Source: Macrostomum lignano
Lineage: Eukaryota
Direction of reading: 5' to 3'
NCBI GenBank assembly: GCA_002269645.1
Contig: NIVC01002255.1
Span: 1 to 64,000 of the forward strand
Length of the DNA: 64,000 bases
Position numbers and translations under genes: made by a program
The notes under the pieces: model-generated
Databases searched by the model: none
What the model saw: only the letters and a program-made list of their open reading frames with translations
Told to the model about the DNA's origin: nothing
Part shown: one piece after another, positions 20,478-33,640 of the stretch
Position numbering within the stretch: the first letter of the stretch is position 1
Layout: each line of letters opens with the position of its first letter

Positions 20478-21466
20478 TATGGGAAGAATGGGAAAATGGG
20501 ATGGTACGGGAAGAATGGTATCTATGGGAAAATGAGATCATGGGAAGAATGGTATCTATGGGAAGAATATAATCTATGGGAAGAATGGGCTGAATGGGAT
20601 CGATGGGAAGAATGGGAAGAAGAGTATCGATGGGAAGAATGGGAAGAATGGTATCGATGGGAAGAATGGAAAGAATGGGATCGATGGGAAGAATGGAATG
20701 AGATCGATGTGAAGAATGGGAAGAATGAGATCGATGGGAAGAATGAGATCGATGGGAAGAATGGGAAGAATGAGATCGATGTGAAGAATGGAAAGAATGA
20801 GATCGATGGGAAGAATGGGATCGATGGGAAGAATGGAAAAGGTGGGATCGATCGAAAAATGGGAAGAATGGAAAGAAAGAGATCGATGGGAAGAATGGGA
20901 AGAATGAGATCGATGGGAAGAATGGGAAGAATGAGATCGATGGGAAGAATGGAAAGAATGGTATCGATGGGAAGAATGGGAAGAATGGGATCGATGGGAA
21001 GAATGGAAAGAATGAGATCGATGGGAAGAATAGGAAGAATGAGATTGATGAGAAGAATGGAAAGAATGAGATCGATGGGAAGAATGGGAAGAATGAGATC
21101 GATGGGAAGAATGGAAAGAATGAGATCGATGGGAAGAATGGGAAGAATGAGATCGATGGGAAGAATGGAAAAATGGGATCGATGGGAAGAATGGAAAGAA
21201 AGATATCGATGGGAAGAATGGGAAGAATGAGATCGATGGGAAGAATGGGAAGAATGAGATCGATGGGAAGAATGGAAAGAATGGTATCGATGGGAAGAAT
21301 GGGAAGAATGGGATCGATGGGAAGAATGGAAAGAATGAGATCGATGGGAAGAATGGAAAGAATGAGATCGATGGGAAGAATGGAATGAGATCGATGTGAA
21401 GAATGGGAAGAATGAGATCGATGGGAAGAATGGAAAAATGGGATCGATGGGAAGAATGGAAAGAAT
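20478..21466. repeat. Purine-rich minisatellite, ~27-bp unit (GATCGATGGGAAGAATGGGAAGAATGA) built from 9-bp subunits
   Basis: Read directly. Confidence 0.95.
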
Positions 21467-21754
21467 CTAAATTCTACACGTTACACATTGCTTCTATTAA
21501 ATAATCAAACAAAGTTGAATGTAAATTGCTTAACAGGAGGTGTGTTCCAAAACCAGTTCTTTTAGCTTTCATTCTTAGAATTGTTCCTGATAATATCGCT
21601 AATCAAGTTTATAAAAATCCGAATAGTATCAGAGAATTCACGTAAAGTTATACAGGTAAATTAATAAACTTAACCGAATCAATCAACATTTACAAGTGTA
21701 TAGAAACAATTTTAAGCATCTTTTTGTAAGGCTATATTAGTTAGTGCGTTTTTA

Positions 21755-23510
21755 CGTTTGACTGGTCGCAAGAAGAGAACGGTGCTAAATGACCGGCGAC
21801 ACGCCAGAAGCGCGCAGAAATGAGCTACGCGACTTCTTCGCCGATATCGTCAACGCGCCGCCACCGCCTCTGCCAGAAGTGATGCCACTGCCGCTCGAGA
21901 CGGCGCTGCCGTCGCAGGAAGATTTCAACACCCAGCCAGTGACCAGCAACGACGTTGTGCAGTTCGCTCGCCAGGCGCCGGGAGGTCGCGCCCCGGGACC
22001 GGACGAGGTGCCTATCGAGGTGCTGCGAGTCACAAGGGTCGCCATTGAGGTGGCTCGTGTGATGAACGGTGTCCTTTCTGGAGATGCCGCGCCCCGCGAG
22101 TGGACAACCGCGCACATCGTCGCGATCCCGAAGAAGCCAGGCACGACACGGAAGGAGGAGCACAGGGGGATCTCGCTTATGTCCTGCGCCGCGAAGCTGT
22201 TCAACCGGGTGCTGCTGGCTCGGTTACAGCCTGTGCTGGACCAGTTCCTGCGAACTGAGCAGAACGGGTTCCGCCCACATCGCGGCACAGTGACGCAGAT
22301 CCTAGCCCTCCGCCGCATCATCGAGGAGGCGCGCATCCATCAGTCAAGTCTCGTGGTGATCTTCATTGATTTCCTCAAGGCCTTCGACTCGCTGGCTCGC
22401 GGCGCGCTGCCTCTCGTGCTTCGTGCGTACAATGTACCGGAGCAACTGATTTCCGCCATCATGGCGATGTACCAGGACACGACCGCTTCGGTGATGACGC
22501 CAGATGGACTGTCAGACCAATTCAGCACGTCGTCAGGCGTGCTGCAGGGTGACACTTTGGCGCCTTTTCTGTTTGTGCTGGCACTGGACTGGGTGCTGAG
22601 AACCGGCCTGCCCAACCTGGATGACGGCTTCCTTTTGAGAAGACGCACGAGTCGGCGGCACCCGGAGAAGCGGCTCTCCGTTCTCGGCTACGCGGACGAC
22701 CTCGCGCTACTTTCATCGACGGATGAAGGTGCCCAGCGGCTGCTTGATGGCCTGACGGCGGCAGCGTCGCGGGTCGGCCTTTAGCTGAACGCGCGGAGGA
22801 CGGTAGTGTTCACGGTGCCCTCCGACTTGCCGGCCGAGATCAATTACCGAGACGCTGCCGGGAATGCATTTATGCTTACCCGCTGCGAGCGCTTTGTGTA
22901 CCTCGGCGGTTCCGTGCCGGACGTTGCCGACGACCTGAAGAGACGACGAGGACTGGCCTGGGCCGCATTTCGATCTGTGCGCTCCGTGCTCCAATCTGAG
23001 GCCCTGGACGACGGGCTCAAGGCTCGGCTGTTTCAGGCAGTCGTCGAGACTGTCCTGTTGTACAACGCCGAGACTTGGACCCTGACGGACGCCTTGGAGA
23101 GGCAGCTGGACGCTGCGCATGCGGCAATGCTGCGTGCGGCTTTCGGAGTGCGCAGCGGCCCAGGCAGCGAGACCAATGCCGCGCTCTACACTAGGGCGCG
23201 CCTGACGCGGCCTTCTGACCTGCTGCGCGGGCGGCGACTTCGACTGGCTGGCCACGTCATCCGGTCGGAGGCCCGCTGTCCTGAGCCGCTACACGACGTG
23301 CTGCTGCTCAAGCTGCAGGGACCGCGGAGGCGAGGCCAAGGGCGAACGTTGCGATACCCTGACCGACTTTTGAGTGACGCTGGCGCCCCGGACCAAGCAG
23401 GGGGATGCGACTTCCTGAGGGCAATGGCCCAGAGACGCGCTTTCTGACTGCTCCCCCCTTTCTGGCTACTGCGTGGCCGGCGGGAGCAGTACCTTGTTGT
23501 TGTTGTTGTT
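21755..23510 (+). mobile_element. 5'-truncated RTE-like non-LTR retrotransposon
   Basis: RT domain, 3' UTR stem-loop, (TTG)n tail, and TGCGTTTTTA duplicated at 21745-21754 and 23510-23519. No endonuclease domain remains. Confidence 0.9.
21789..23447 (+). pseudogene. LINE reverse transcriptase plus C-terminal region, interrupted by one in-frame TAG (22782-22784)
   Basis: Motifs EQNGFRP, FIDFLKAFDS, GVLQGDTLAP and GYADD; ORFs 21789..22784 and 22806..23447 are in the same frame. Confidence 0.9.
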
Positions 23511-25974
23511 GCGTTTTTAGCATCAGCATTGGTCGTGACCAATTTCAACTCGAGACATGCCCTCCTCGCGTGATTCGCCGCAATCAATTGGCACGACAGA
23601 CTTCATCCTGACTGCACAACGCTCTGTCAATGATGCGAAACGATTTTTCCATGACCTCTATGTACATGTACATGTACGCCTTCAATGTAAAATTCAAATT
23701 ATCACGCTTTTGGCAGGAGTAGGAGTTTCCAGATGTTCTTCGACACAGGTCTGTAATACCATCAGTTATCTTTTGTCAACACGATATGGACGGATCCTTC
23801 AGCGCTAGAGCCCCGGGAGCTGGAGCAAATGCGATTAATAAAACACCAAGGTCTTGAATAAGAGAAAGTGAGTGACAGCTTTTCTTGCGAAAGAATGATC
23901 GCGCAGCCCAGATTGAATGAACTTCTGAGTGAGTCAAATTAGACCGCTTTCACTATAGGGACCACTTTTGTAATAAAAGCAATTTTGCACAGCAGATTAA
24001 GTGCCGACCGTACACTAAAGATGAGTGAATAAATGCTTTTTTACAATCAGAGCACCATCAGGCAACGTTTTGGCACGGTCCCTATCATCTATAGTACAGT
24101 TTCCATACCGTCAAAGTCCTCTTTGCGTGATTTATGAATGAGCAAGCGACAATAGAATTAGAGCAGTTGCAGAGGGTGGGGCTTGAATTTAGGGTGAAAA
24201 AAATCTATTTAGGCCATGGCTTTGAGAAGGTACAGAGTGTGGTAAGCTTTGTTGTCCAAGTGAAGCAGATGCAGGCAGCTACAATAAGCCAGTCAACGAG
24301 GTGGCAAAAATTGCTCTCCAAAAAATTTATTGTTGCAACTCTTCTTCAGATTAAAAAGGAACGCCGCTCGCGCAGGGCAGCAGCACTTGAGTGCTTAACG
24401 CGGCATGGTGAGTTTCGCGTGCTCAAGTACAATGAACCCAGCCCTTGCTGAGGAGAGGCTTGTCTCCGCTTCGCTAGCCAAAAATTCACGCGCGCCAATT
24501 TAGTATGCGAATCCCCTTTTAGAGAGGCGGATATGGACACCCAACCCCCCCCCCTATATCCACGTGGCTATAGGGGCCAGTTTTTCTCCCTGAACAACTT
24601 CCTATACACTGTAAGATGTGTCTCATTTAAAAATAGTTTGTGACACAAGCAATGTCGTCCCTCCTGTTGTTGGGAAAAGAAGAAATTGACCTAAAGTGTA
24701 AATACGCATGCCGAATCTTTCGAAGAAAAACCCAGGAACTGGGAAAGTGAATTCAGTTGAAGGAATCGGGGGCTATATTGTCTGTAAAGTAACAAGGGAT
24801 TTTCGGACAGTTCAAACAAAAAAACCCGGAATTAATGATTGATTTATTTATCTATAGCTTCATACAAAGAATCGGTCTCCATTCTCTTTTACACACAAAG
24901 CTTCTCAACTAGCTCATTGACGTCTGTTTAACAATGCAATTGTTCTACATAATACTCGTACATTGTTTAGCCTATTGTGTAGTTTGCCCACTTCCTCTAG
25001 AGCTGTGGTCCGTCGGCACGCAGTTAGTTGATCGGTAAGCCACATCAGTATTAACTAGCTGGGTATACGTAGTGTTCAAAGTCAGTAAATTAACACACAA
25101 CAGAATCAAGACAGGCTCAAGAAAGGGTATAGCACGCTAGCTGCGTACAGTGACTGTTCAGTCTAGAGAAAGTAAATAGGATTTTGGAGATTGAGATCGG
25201 AGATCCCTTGTCAGTGATGCAGCTCTAATTGTCTTTCCGTGTTCTAGATTTGGCACAAGGCATTCCGCCCCCCCCCGCAATGCTCCACTGACTTTTGAGC
25301 TCAACCAGCTGCAGGAATTGGGAATGAGATATTTAGCAATAGGCTATAGGTGATGACACACGCAAAAATCCTTTTCCCGATAGCTCTATGCCTTGATAGT
25401 CCCAATTACAGTAGATCCCTTGAGTGCGACTAGGAGAGAGAGAGAGAGGGGGGGAGAGGAACCGCTCGCCTCTTTGCCGAAGAAAAAAGATATCGCAAAA
25501 AGGTAGCTTACATAAACCATATAAAATAGGTTATTAACAGGGATTATGCGCCGGCCTCGCTCTTATCTTGCGGGTCCCAGTGGCGTTGAATAATGCATAT
25601 TCATAACCATGTGCTTCGCCTTAGTCTCAAAACCATTTTGTGAGCAGTGCAGTGTGGCGGAAAAAAATTAATTATAGTTAAGACGACAACGCTACGAAAC
25701 TGTTTTGGCTTATCTTATTCGAAATGCACCGCGGGATATCTTCAAGCATAAACAAATATCCCTAATATCAATGAAGACTCAAGCCAGTGCCAGCTGCGGC
25801 TCAGCCATCACATCCTGCCTGGCTACGAACCCCCCCCCCACCCCGAGAAGATATTCAATAGTTTATCTTCAAGGGCTTAGTTTACGTATAATATCGCGGA
25901 TTTGCGTGTAAACAAAAAATAATAGCTTAATAACGAAAATCAAGGAATTAACTTCAACAGTTGTCAGGACAGTG

Positions 25975-26103
25975 TCGTTATTGCTATTGGCCTTCGACTA
26001 CATGTAGCCTCAGGTCAAGCAGCTTCCGGGCGCGGAATCGTACCCGGGACTTTGGGATGATTTGAGACTCCTAAATGCGTTAGACTGCTCCGCTACTCAA
26101 GGC
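25975..26103 (-). mobile_element. Degenerate tRNA-derived SINE fragment (different family)
   Basis: A-box-like GAGTAGCGGAGCAGTCTAACGC and B-box-like GGGTACGATTCC on the minus strand; no full cloverleaf. Confidence 0.4.
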
Positions 26104-26175
26104 TCAAGTAAACAGTGCATTAAGCAGGAATTCTGATTGGAGAGGCCGCAACCCTAATGGGGTGTCAGTATTATC

Positions 26176-26500
26176 ATGTCTTGGTGGGCGCCCCCTGTCT
26201 CTTGGTGGGCGGCCCTCTCTCTGGTGGGCGGCCCGTCTCTTGGTAGGCGCCCCTGTCTCTTGGTGGGCGTCCTTGTCTCTTGCTGGGCGCCCCTGTCTTT
26301 AGGTGGGCGCCCCTGTCTCTGGTGGGCGCCCCTGTCTCTTGGTGGGCGGCCCTGTCTCTTGGTAAGCGCCCCTGTCTCTTGGTGGGCGGCCCTGTCTCTT
26401 GGTAAGCGCCCCTGTCTCTTGGTAGGCGTCCCCTGTCTCTTGGTAGGCGCCCCCGTCTCTTGGTGGGCGGCCTTCTCTCTTGGTAGGTGCCCGTCTTTTG
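26176..26500. repeat. 20-bp minisatellite (CTCTTGGTGGGCGCCCCTGT)
   Basis: Read directly. Confidence 0.95.
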
Positions 26501-27664
26501 GTGGTTTGCGAGTTGACGAGGTATGCCACTGCCATAACATTTTACAGTTTTAAACATCTAGCCTTTAGGCTGCTATTGAACACAATCAAATACCTAATAA
26601 ATATAGTATGCTTCAGTAGTTTATACACGAGCTCAAGCTCCAACTCATACTGACATAGTGATCAAAAAAGTAAACTCAAATATGGCAAAGGATGCAACAG
26701 CGGAAGCAAAAAGTATACGCAAATTTAATGAGGCAAAAAGTCGACCTCGCCTTAATAATAACTCACCTATACTTCCTTTGCTAGTCAAATCAGTGGGTGT
26801 ATGCAACCTGAGCCGGTTGGTTGAGATGCGCCCACCGTTAATTAATTATAATTCCTGATCACGAGCTAAAAGAGTTCCGAGTTCGAGCAATCGAGTAAGA
26901 TATCTAGAGATAGATTTCGGATCCAATGCTGCAGTTTTAGAGGGCCGGCGAGATTGAGCAGCTCAAATAATAAAGACACGACACGAGGGCGGGTCGAGAC
27001 AGGGGGCGCCGTTCCATCAGGGATTTGTTCACCTCATTAGCTCCACCCCAGCTCCGCCCTCCACAGCCACTGGCCTAGAGAGAGGAGAGTAGGAATGCTA
27101 GAACTGCAGGAGCGCTGCAGCCTCCCTAGCCAATCCAATTAGCTCACTGATGTGGCATGGAGGCCTACCAGCCCAGCAGCCTCAGAACATCACACACCCT
27201 AAACCTACTAAACCAAACGAACCACCGCAGAGCCCCTGCAGCCATTTCTCCAATTGCTCGTCCAGCCGCAGCCTAACGATAAAATTTTTTTGTGCCGCGA
27301 TCAAGCGGTAGCTAAGCTCAAATTTGTCCAGAGTATATATATAAGAAATACGCTGAAGATCAGAGAAAAAATATGAGCAAGACAGACAAGACCAGCAGCG
27401 AGTGAGAGAGCGAGTCAATCAAATCACAGAATTTCTCGCTCCCCATATGCAGCGAGCAGTGTTAGCTAATCAGGCACCAATTTTGATGAGGAATATATCT
27501 AGATCTGATTTGGGCCACTTAGAGTTTTACAACCCGCTGTGCTACATCGATATCCAGACTGCACTCAGCCTGTATGAAGCGCTAAATGAACTCGAGAAAT
27601 CAATACAAAAATGTGCATTCCTGGATATATAGTTCTTTGTTTGACTGGTGCTGCAATCAAACCC

Positions 27665-28025
27665 TAGTTAGTCTAGACAGCTCCAAGATCTCACCCTAGT
27701 CTAGACAGCTCCAAGATCTCACCCTAGTCTAGACAGCTCCGAGACCTCACTCTAGTCTAGACAGCTCCGAGATCTCACCCTAGAATAGACAGCTCCGAGA
27801 TCTCACCCTAGAATAGACAGCTCCGAGATCTCACCCTAGTCTAGACAGCTCCGAGATCTCACCCTAGAATAGACAGCTCCGAGATCTCACCCTAGAATAG
27901 ACAGCTCTGAGATCTCATTCTAGACTAGACAGCTCTGAGATCTCACTAAGTCTAGACAAATAAACTCCAAGATCCTACGCCCGTCTAGACAAATAAACTC
28001 CAAGATCTTACGCCAGTCTAGACAA
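27665..28025. repeat. 28-bp minisatellite (TAGACAGCTCCGAGATCTCACCCTAGAA) grading into a ~31-bp variant
   Basis: Read directly. Confidence 0.93.
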
Positions 28026-28275
28026 ATTTAACAACAATAAATGTTGAATTTTTGTTGAAAAAAGAGAAGAGCACAAGGCATTCTAGTTTTTTTTTTGTCC
28101 ACTCACTTGCCATTAAACTGATCAACACAAACAGCACTGTTCTGCCGACAAACTATATCATCGTTTATTTTCTATCTTACTAACTTAGTAAAGATTCCAG
28201 TTGATAACTCAAAGCAAACACGGTCTAATGAAGCTACTAATAGTAGCATATAGATATCATCTCAGCCGAATTGCA

Positions 28276-28665
28276 TCACTTTCCAACTTTGCGACCCTGC
28301 GATCGGAGCAGAGCGGAGGCCCGACGCAGAGCGGCGAGTTCCAGATCGCGACGGTAGCGACGCTGGCGCAGGATTCGTTTCACTGTGTTCAACGTCGGCC
28401 TCGGGCCTTGCTTCTTGATGGCGATCCTTGAATAGCCGCGCGACGGTTTATTAACCCGTTTGCTATTGCGCAGAACCAGAGTGACGCCAGACCCGGAGGC
28501 GCCAGGCTCAATGCCAACAGTTTTACGATGAATTAAACCGTTGGAGTTAAAACAGTTGCGCGACTTTAGATTGCCCGGTTCAGTAGAGAATTGTTTGCGA
28601 CCGCGCTTAACTAAGAAACAGCTGGTACCCTTGATTAGCTCCCACTGCAGCGCTGAACTGGCCAT
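28276..28665 (-). CDS. RPL28: 60S ribosomal protein L28 (eL28), 129 aa, single coding exon
   Basis: LQW..K..S.FL.KR, FSTEPGNLKSRN, NGLIHRKTVGIEP and YRRDLELAALRRASALLRSQ match the eL28 family; AATAAA lies ~105 nt downstream. Confidence 0.95.
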   Translation of the reverse strand: MASSALQWELIKGTSCFLVKRGRKQFSTEPGNLKSRNCFNSNGLIHRKTVGIEPGASGSGVTLVLRNSKRVNKPSRGYSRIAIKKQGPRPTLNTVKRILRQRRYRRDLELAALRRASALLRSQGRKVGK

Positions 28666-31600
28666 TGTTGCTAGTATTTAGGGTGCTGATGGCTGCAATG
28701 TGGTATGATGGTAAAGAACTGTAAATCAAATCTATATTGGTTTGCAACTCTGGACCACAGATACTAAAATAACAAGATGGGCCACTCAGGCATATATACT
28801 TAGTAATACAGCTTTCAACTTTTAGTTCAGTAGCAAAGAAGAATACAGAAGCTATTTTATAAAAATAAAGGCAGCTGAAATGACTTTGATAAGTTTAGTA
28901 GAGGCCCAAACTTTCAGGTGTAAACAACTTGCTAATTTTTAGTTCAGCAATAATATACATTAGCCAGTCTACTCAAATGTACATGGCAGCTTTAAACTAG
29001 AATTCTGAGAAAAGCAATAAAAATTGGGGCAGGGGGAGGGTTTAAGCTAGGGGAGAAGAGCCAATAAATGAGCCTTGGCTTTAAAAATACATTAAAATGC
29101 TTCGGTTCAACTTGCTACTAAACTGAAAGTAGCTTGTACGCAAATGTGCTAAGTGGCCCATCTAGCTATTCTAGTATCTGTGCTCTTAACCAGGTAAAGG
29201 AATACTGCACTAAAATCTCAAACAAACCTAACTGTATATCATTTCAGCCTATTCACAAAACTTCAGCCAAAAACATCAATCATTTAAGGTAGCATTGCAT
29301 AATTTGGTGAGTAATTCTGCACAACTTCCCTTATAGCCAAGTCAAACTCTTTAACTTTATAATACTAGAAAGTAACCCATGACACTCTGATTTTAGTAAT
29401 GCATGAGAAATATTATAATCATTGTAACAAATTTTGATGCCAGTTTAATAAGAGCACTAAATTTCTATATTTTAGACAATAATAATTCCAAGTTTACCTT
29501 TGGAATCAGCTATAAATTGCTTTTACTTAATGATAAATGCATCCCAATGCTTTTACTTGATGGTGATTCCCTAATATACCAATGTAACAGTCTTTGCTAA
29601 ATTTTTTGCTGCTTATTAAATCTTAAATATAAACAAATTAGCTATTTTTATTTCCAACTTACTTGTAATTTGCACTGGTAGATTCTATTTTATAATTGGA
29701 AGTTCATATAATTTTATAATGGGCTTATTTATTCTACAGAAGCCAAGGTAATGTTACATTGATTAAGTATATAGAATAATTTTTAAATCAGTTTTACAGT
29801 TGGAAAAAGCAAGAATGATAGGTTGCACCCATTAAGTTGAAACTTGAAAGCTGCATATACAGTGATATACCAATATATAAAGCAATAAGCATGCATCAGA
29901 CTTTAAATCTTTATATTATTAGTATGTATAATTTATAACAATTTGAATTAGAAACATAATTTAAAACATTGCTGGGAATATAATGGTCACCTGAAAAATG
30001 ACATATCTACAATTAGACACAAAATACCTATATGACATTTTCTATGACTATGATATCCCTATACATTAAATGTTATGTAGGCATTCTAATATGCATGACA
30101 CAGTGGAAATATTATGTCAAAAACTTTTTACAGTCCCAACATACATAAGGTCAACTATATTTTTTACTAGACTTAACATATACTATAAAGTCCAACTAAG
30201 ATTAGATTTTTGTTTTTAAGCAAGAATTTTATAAAAATTTGAGATTGAGAATTGGAGATCAAACTGTAATTGTGAATTTGTATAGAAAGAATAGTACTAA
30301 TGAGGTATAAAAAGATATAGCCTAGGCCAGCCTATTGTCAGTTTAAGTAGCCTTGCCCTGCCAAGGGCCATTTTGATATATGTTAGCAATCTATAATATT
30401 ATTGGTTTTGTACTCTCACATCTGCTTAAAGTAATGCCCAGCCCAAAGAATTTTAATCAGCTGCATACAATGTGCAATTGATAATTTTTGTTTTTTGTCT
30501 TTCCTAGCCAGCCAATAGAAAAGCTATACATTAATTATACTAAGTTCTCCTTGTATGCCCACCTCCAGCCCACTCTTTATTAATTTAAGTCCTGTCTAGC
30601 TGTGTGATCGGGGTTAACTGGGTTTTGTGTGCCTGTAGATCCTTGCCACCCTGGCACTCTTGTTTGTTTGCCTTCTCTTCCTGCGTTATTCTGTCATGGT
30701 TCTAGACCACACCTCTGCCACTCTTAGTCATGCCAACCCTACTGTCTATTCAAGCTCTCAATATGAGCACCGCCACCATACATTCACTGCCATCACCTCG
30801 TCGCTGCTGCCTCAATGCATTGACCCACTCTGCCTTCTACTAGGCCTATCTAACTCATTGTTATGTAGCCGCCAATGCATTGTTACGAACCCAACTAGGC
30901 CTAGGACTTTGAACTGTCTCTGTTGACAATAACAAACGTTACAATAAACAAAGTTGGCAGCCATTACTCGCATTAGCTGCAATTATTGCCAAGTGCTACT
31001 GCTAAAAAATTGCCATATTTATTTGCCTTCACCGATTATTCTCGAGGTTGCCACATTATACATTATACCTATACTATAGGCCTAAGTAAGTAGATAATAG
31101 TACAAAAAATAGCTCAAATGTGCCTTCACAATAATATATATGCAGCAATATGCAGAAGTAAGCCACTAACTCTGGCTTAGGCCTATGCCATTGTATGCCA
31201 CTTGTAAGATACATAGGCGGATAGGCCTAAATCTATCTATCTAGGTTGAATGTTAGTAATGGCCTACCGGGTAAGCCATGGTCAGAATCATAACCGCCTA
31301 TGCCAGAACAAATCCTATCAAAATAGTTTAATTGCGCCATGTGCTAGAACTTTTTGTAAAAACACAAACACAAAAAACAGAAAAACACAAAAAAGCTGCA
31401 CTTTCATTAAAAAAATTCCGTAAAACTTGTATTTGAATCTGTTTCCTAGAAAGACAATGTTAACGTATTTTAATGGAAAAAGCTATCGGTACGCTGGCAA
31501 ACAAATAAGTGCTAACTATGCATTTTTTGTTTTATTATTTCGCGCTTCACAATATTTTTTACATTTTTTGTATTGACTTTAATCTTGCTCGACTGTTCTT

Positions 31601-32029
31601 GAATTCTAAGCTCATTTTTGAAATTTTAAGAATTTCTCAAAATGACACAAAAAGGCCGAGGCTCGAAATTTCAAGATCGAGATCTTGGTTGGACTCTAAC
31701 AGAGTTTTCTTTTTCGGCAGAGACAAGGTGCAAAATCGGACCTTATGCTCTCTTTCATGGTGCGATTTTAAGGCTAAAAGTGCAATTTCTCTTTTTTCTT
31801 ATTTTAAGGCTGTGAATGTGGCTTCAATGGAAAAAATAGGTTATAAGACCGCACCTAAACCGCATCCACTTTTCAATTTTTAAATTTAGGCCTAGGGTGC
31901 GATTTTAAAATTTAGGCCATTAGGGTGCATGCACACACTGACTCTGTGCACAAAAAATAAACCCAGGACTCTAATATAGGCCTACTATTAATACAGCAGC
32001 AACAATATAATAGGCTGTCAGGATGGCCA

Positions 32030-32750
32030 AAGTCAGTGTCACAGGGCGCAAACAAAGGCCGCGCCATTGGCAGTGTCCGGGGCGCCAGTATCAGCCAGCA
32101 GACAGTTAATGTAATGCCAAGTTCGCGTTTGACCTTGCCAGTAAGGTGCCTACAGCATGAGCAGCAACACTTGCACTGGCTATGGGCAGTACAACTTGGC
32201 GCAGATGAGGTGGCCTGCAAGCTGAAGTCGCCGACGGCGCAGTAGATCGCTTGGATGTGGCAGGCCAACGCGGCAATAGAATGCTGCATTGTTGACTCGC
32301 TTGATGTTGAAGGTGGTGCACAGCAGGCCAGCGTATGCTGTAGCTTGTATTGACTTGCTGTTCAAATGAGTCAGTCAGCATCTAGGTCTCAGCATTATAG
32401 AGCAGGATGGTCTTGATTACCACCTGGAACACTGCTGCCCTCTGGCAGTCCAGTAGGGCCTTAGACTGCAGGACTGCCCTCACAGAATGAAAGCAGCCCA
32501 GGCAAGCCTGCGCCCTGCAGCAGTGTCGCTGGTCCTCGCAAGCGTCTAGAACCAGACCACCAAGTTAGACAAACTGCTGACATTGCGGGAGCTTGATCGT
32601 CTGCCTGTCAGTGCCTTGGCAGAGCATTGCAGCCTCAATGTCGTCCGGCACATAGAGCACAATGGTCTTCTGCATGTTGACCACCAGGCCAACACTTGCT
32701 ATAACAGCAACTAGCCTGTTCAGCTGACATTGATTGGGCACCCTCAATAG
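32030..32750 (-). mobile_element. Decayed 5'-truncated RTE-like LINE fragment, related to the 21755-23510 element
   Basis: Translates to VGLVVN.QKT, AWAAFHSVRAVLQSKAL, ILLYNAET and PSDLLRRRRLQLAGHLI, colinear with the intact copy; has stops and frameshifts. Confidence 0.85.
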
Positions 32751-33129
32751 TCAAGGATAATAATACACAAATTGAATATTGTATTTGGTTAGACAAGTAT
32801 GAATTGAATTATTCAATAAAGAATTGTGTCAAGTTTGAAAAATAATTTGCTTCATCTTATAGAGCAAACTTATTAATATAGGCCTAGCCAAAAATTAATC
32901 AAATTTCAAACCTATTGGGGGCTAGTTAAATATTGACATTCATAAAAAGTAGGCCTAGACTAACTTAAAATAAAAAATTGCATAATACCATTTAGGATTA
33001 GGGGGAACTTTAAGACTCAAAATTTTATACAATTATGTCAAAATAAATAAGCCCTTAGTTGAAGATTAAGATTCTGGTAAAGTAGGCCTTAGCTTGCTTA
33101 ATAAATAGGAATAAAATGAATGAGAGAAC

Positions 33130-33640
33130 AAACATTAACTTGTTTTTATTTAGGCCCTACTTTAATTTAATTGCCAATGCATTTTGACCCTTGTAGGTCA
33201 TCTTCAGGGCAGTAATGAAATTGAAAATTTTATTAAACAGTTAAATAAATATACCTGTAATAAGTTGAATACACAATATAAAATAATGTACATAGTTTTC
33301 AATTGAAACAAGTTCTAACACACAGTGCAATAGTGTATACTCCAAGCTAAAACACACTGAGTTGGCGGCTGGCACCCCCATAGTAGCTGGCAGTTTAGGC
33401 TCAGGTTCTGATCTTTGATATACATAGCCTCTAAGATGTTCAAAGTATGCTCATGGCGGTCAGGAATTGATCAATAATCTTAAATAAAACAATTGGTTTG
33501 TTGTTACAACATGAGTTGCATATGAGAAGGTGCTCCTATATAGTCAATCTTTTGGTTCAGTGCTCCTTGACTCTAATGTACAAGTGTTGCTTAGTTTTTC
33601 TAATGTACAAAATCCTCTAGTCACCAGAGCAATGAAATTT
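33130..33640 (-). mobile_element. Penelope-like element 3' remnant (GIY-YIG endonuclease pseudogene plus 3' region)
   Basis: Translation KFHCSGD*RILYIRKTKQHLYIRVKEH...EHLLIC...FKIID, then after a frameshift LNILEAMYIKDQNLSLNCQ, matching PLE GIY-YIG motifs. Confidence 0.8.
33172..33211 (-). ncRNA. Minimal type I hammerhead ribozyme motif, probably inactive (core G12 reads A)
   Basis: TGCC-CTGAAGA-T-GACC(TACAAG)GGTC-AAAA-TGCAT-T-GGCA. Stem I TGCC/GGCA, stem II GACC/GGTC, palindromic ATGCAT stem III; lies downstream of a Penelope GIY-YIG. Confidence 0.7.

Noticed and set aside
30603-30950. Possible solo LTR (TG...CA-like ends, TGGCGGC PBS-like string)
   Set aside because: No second LTR, TSD or internal coding remnants could be identified.
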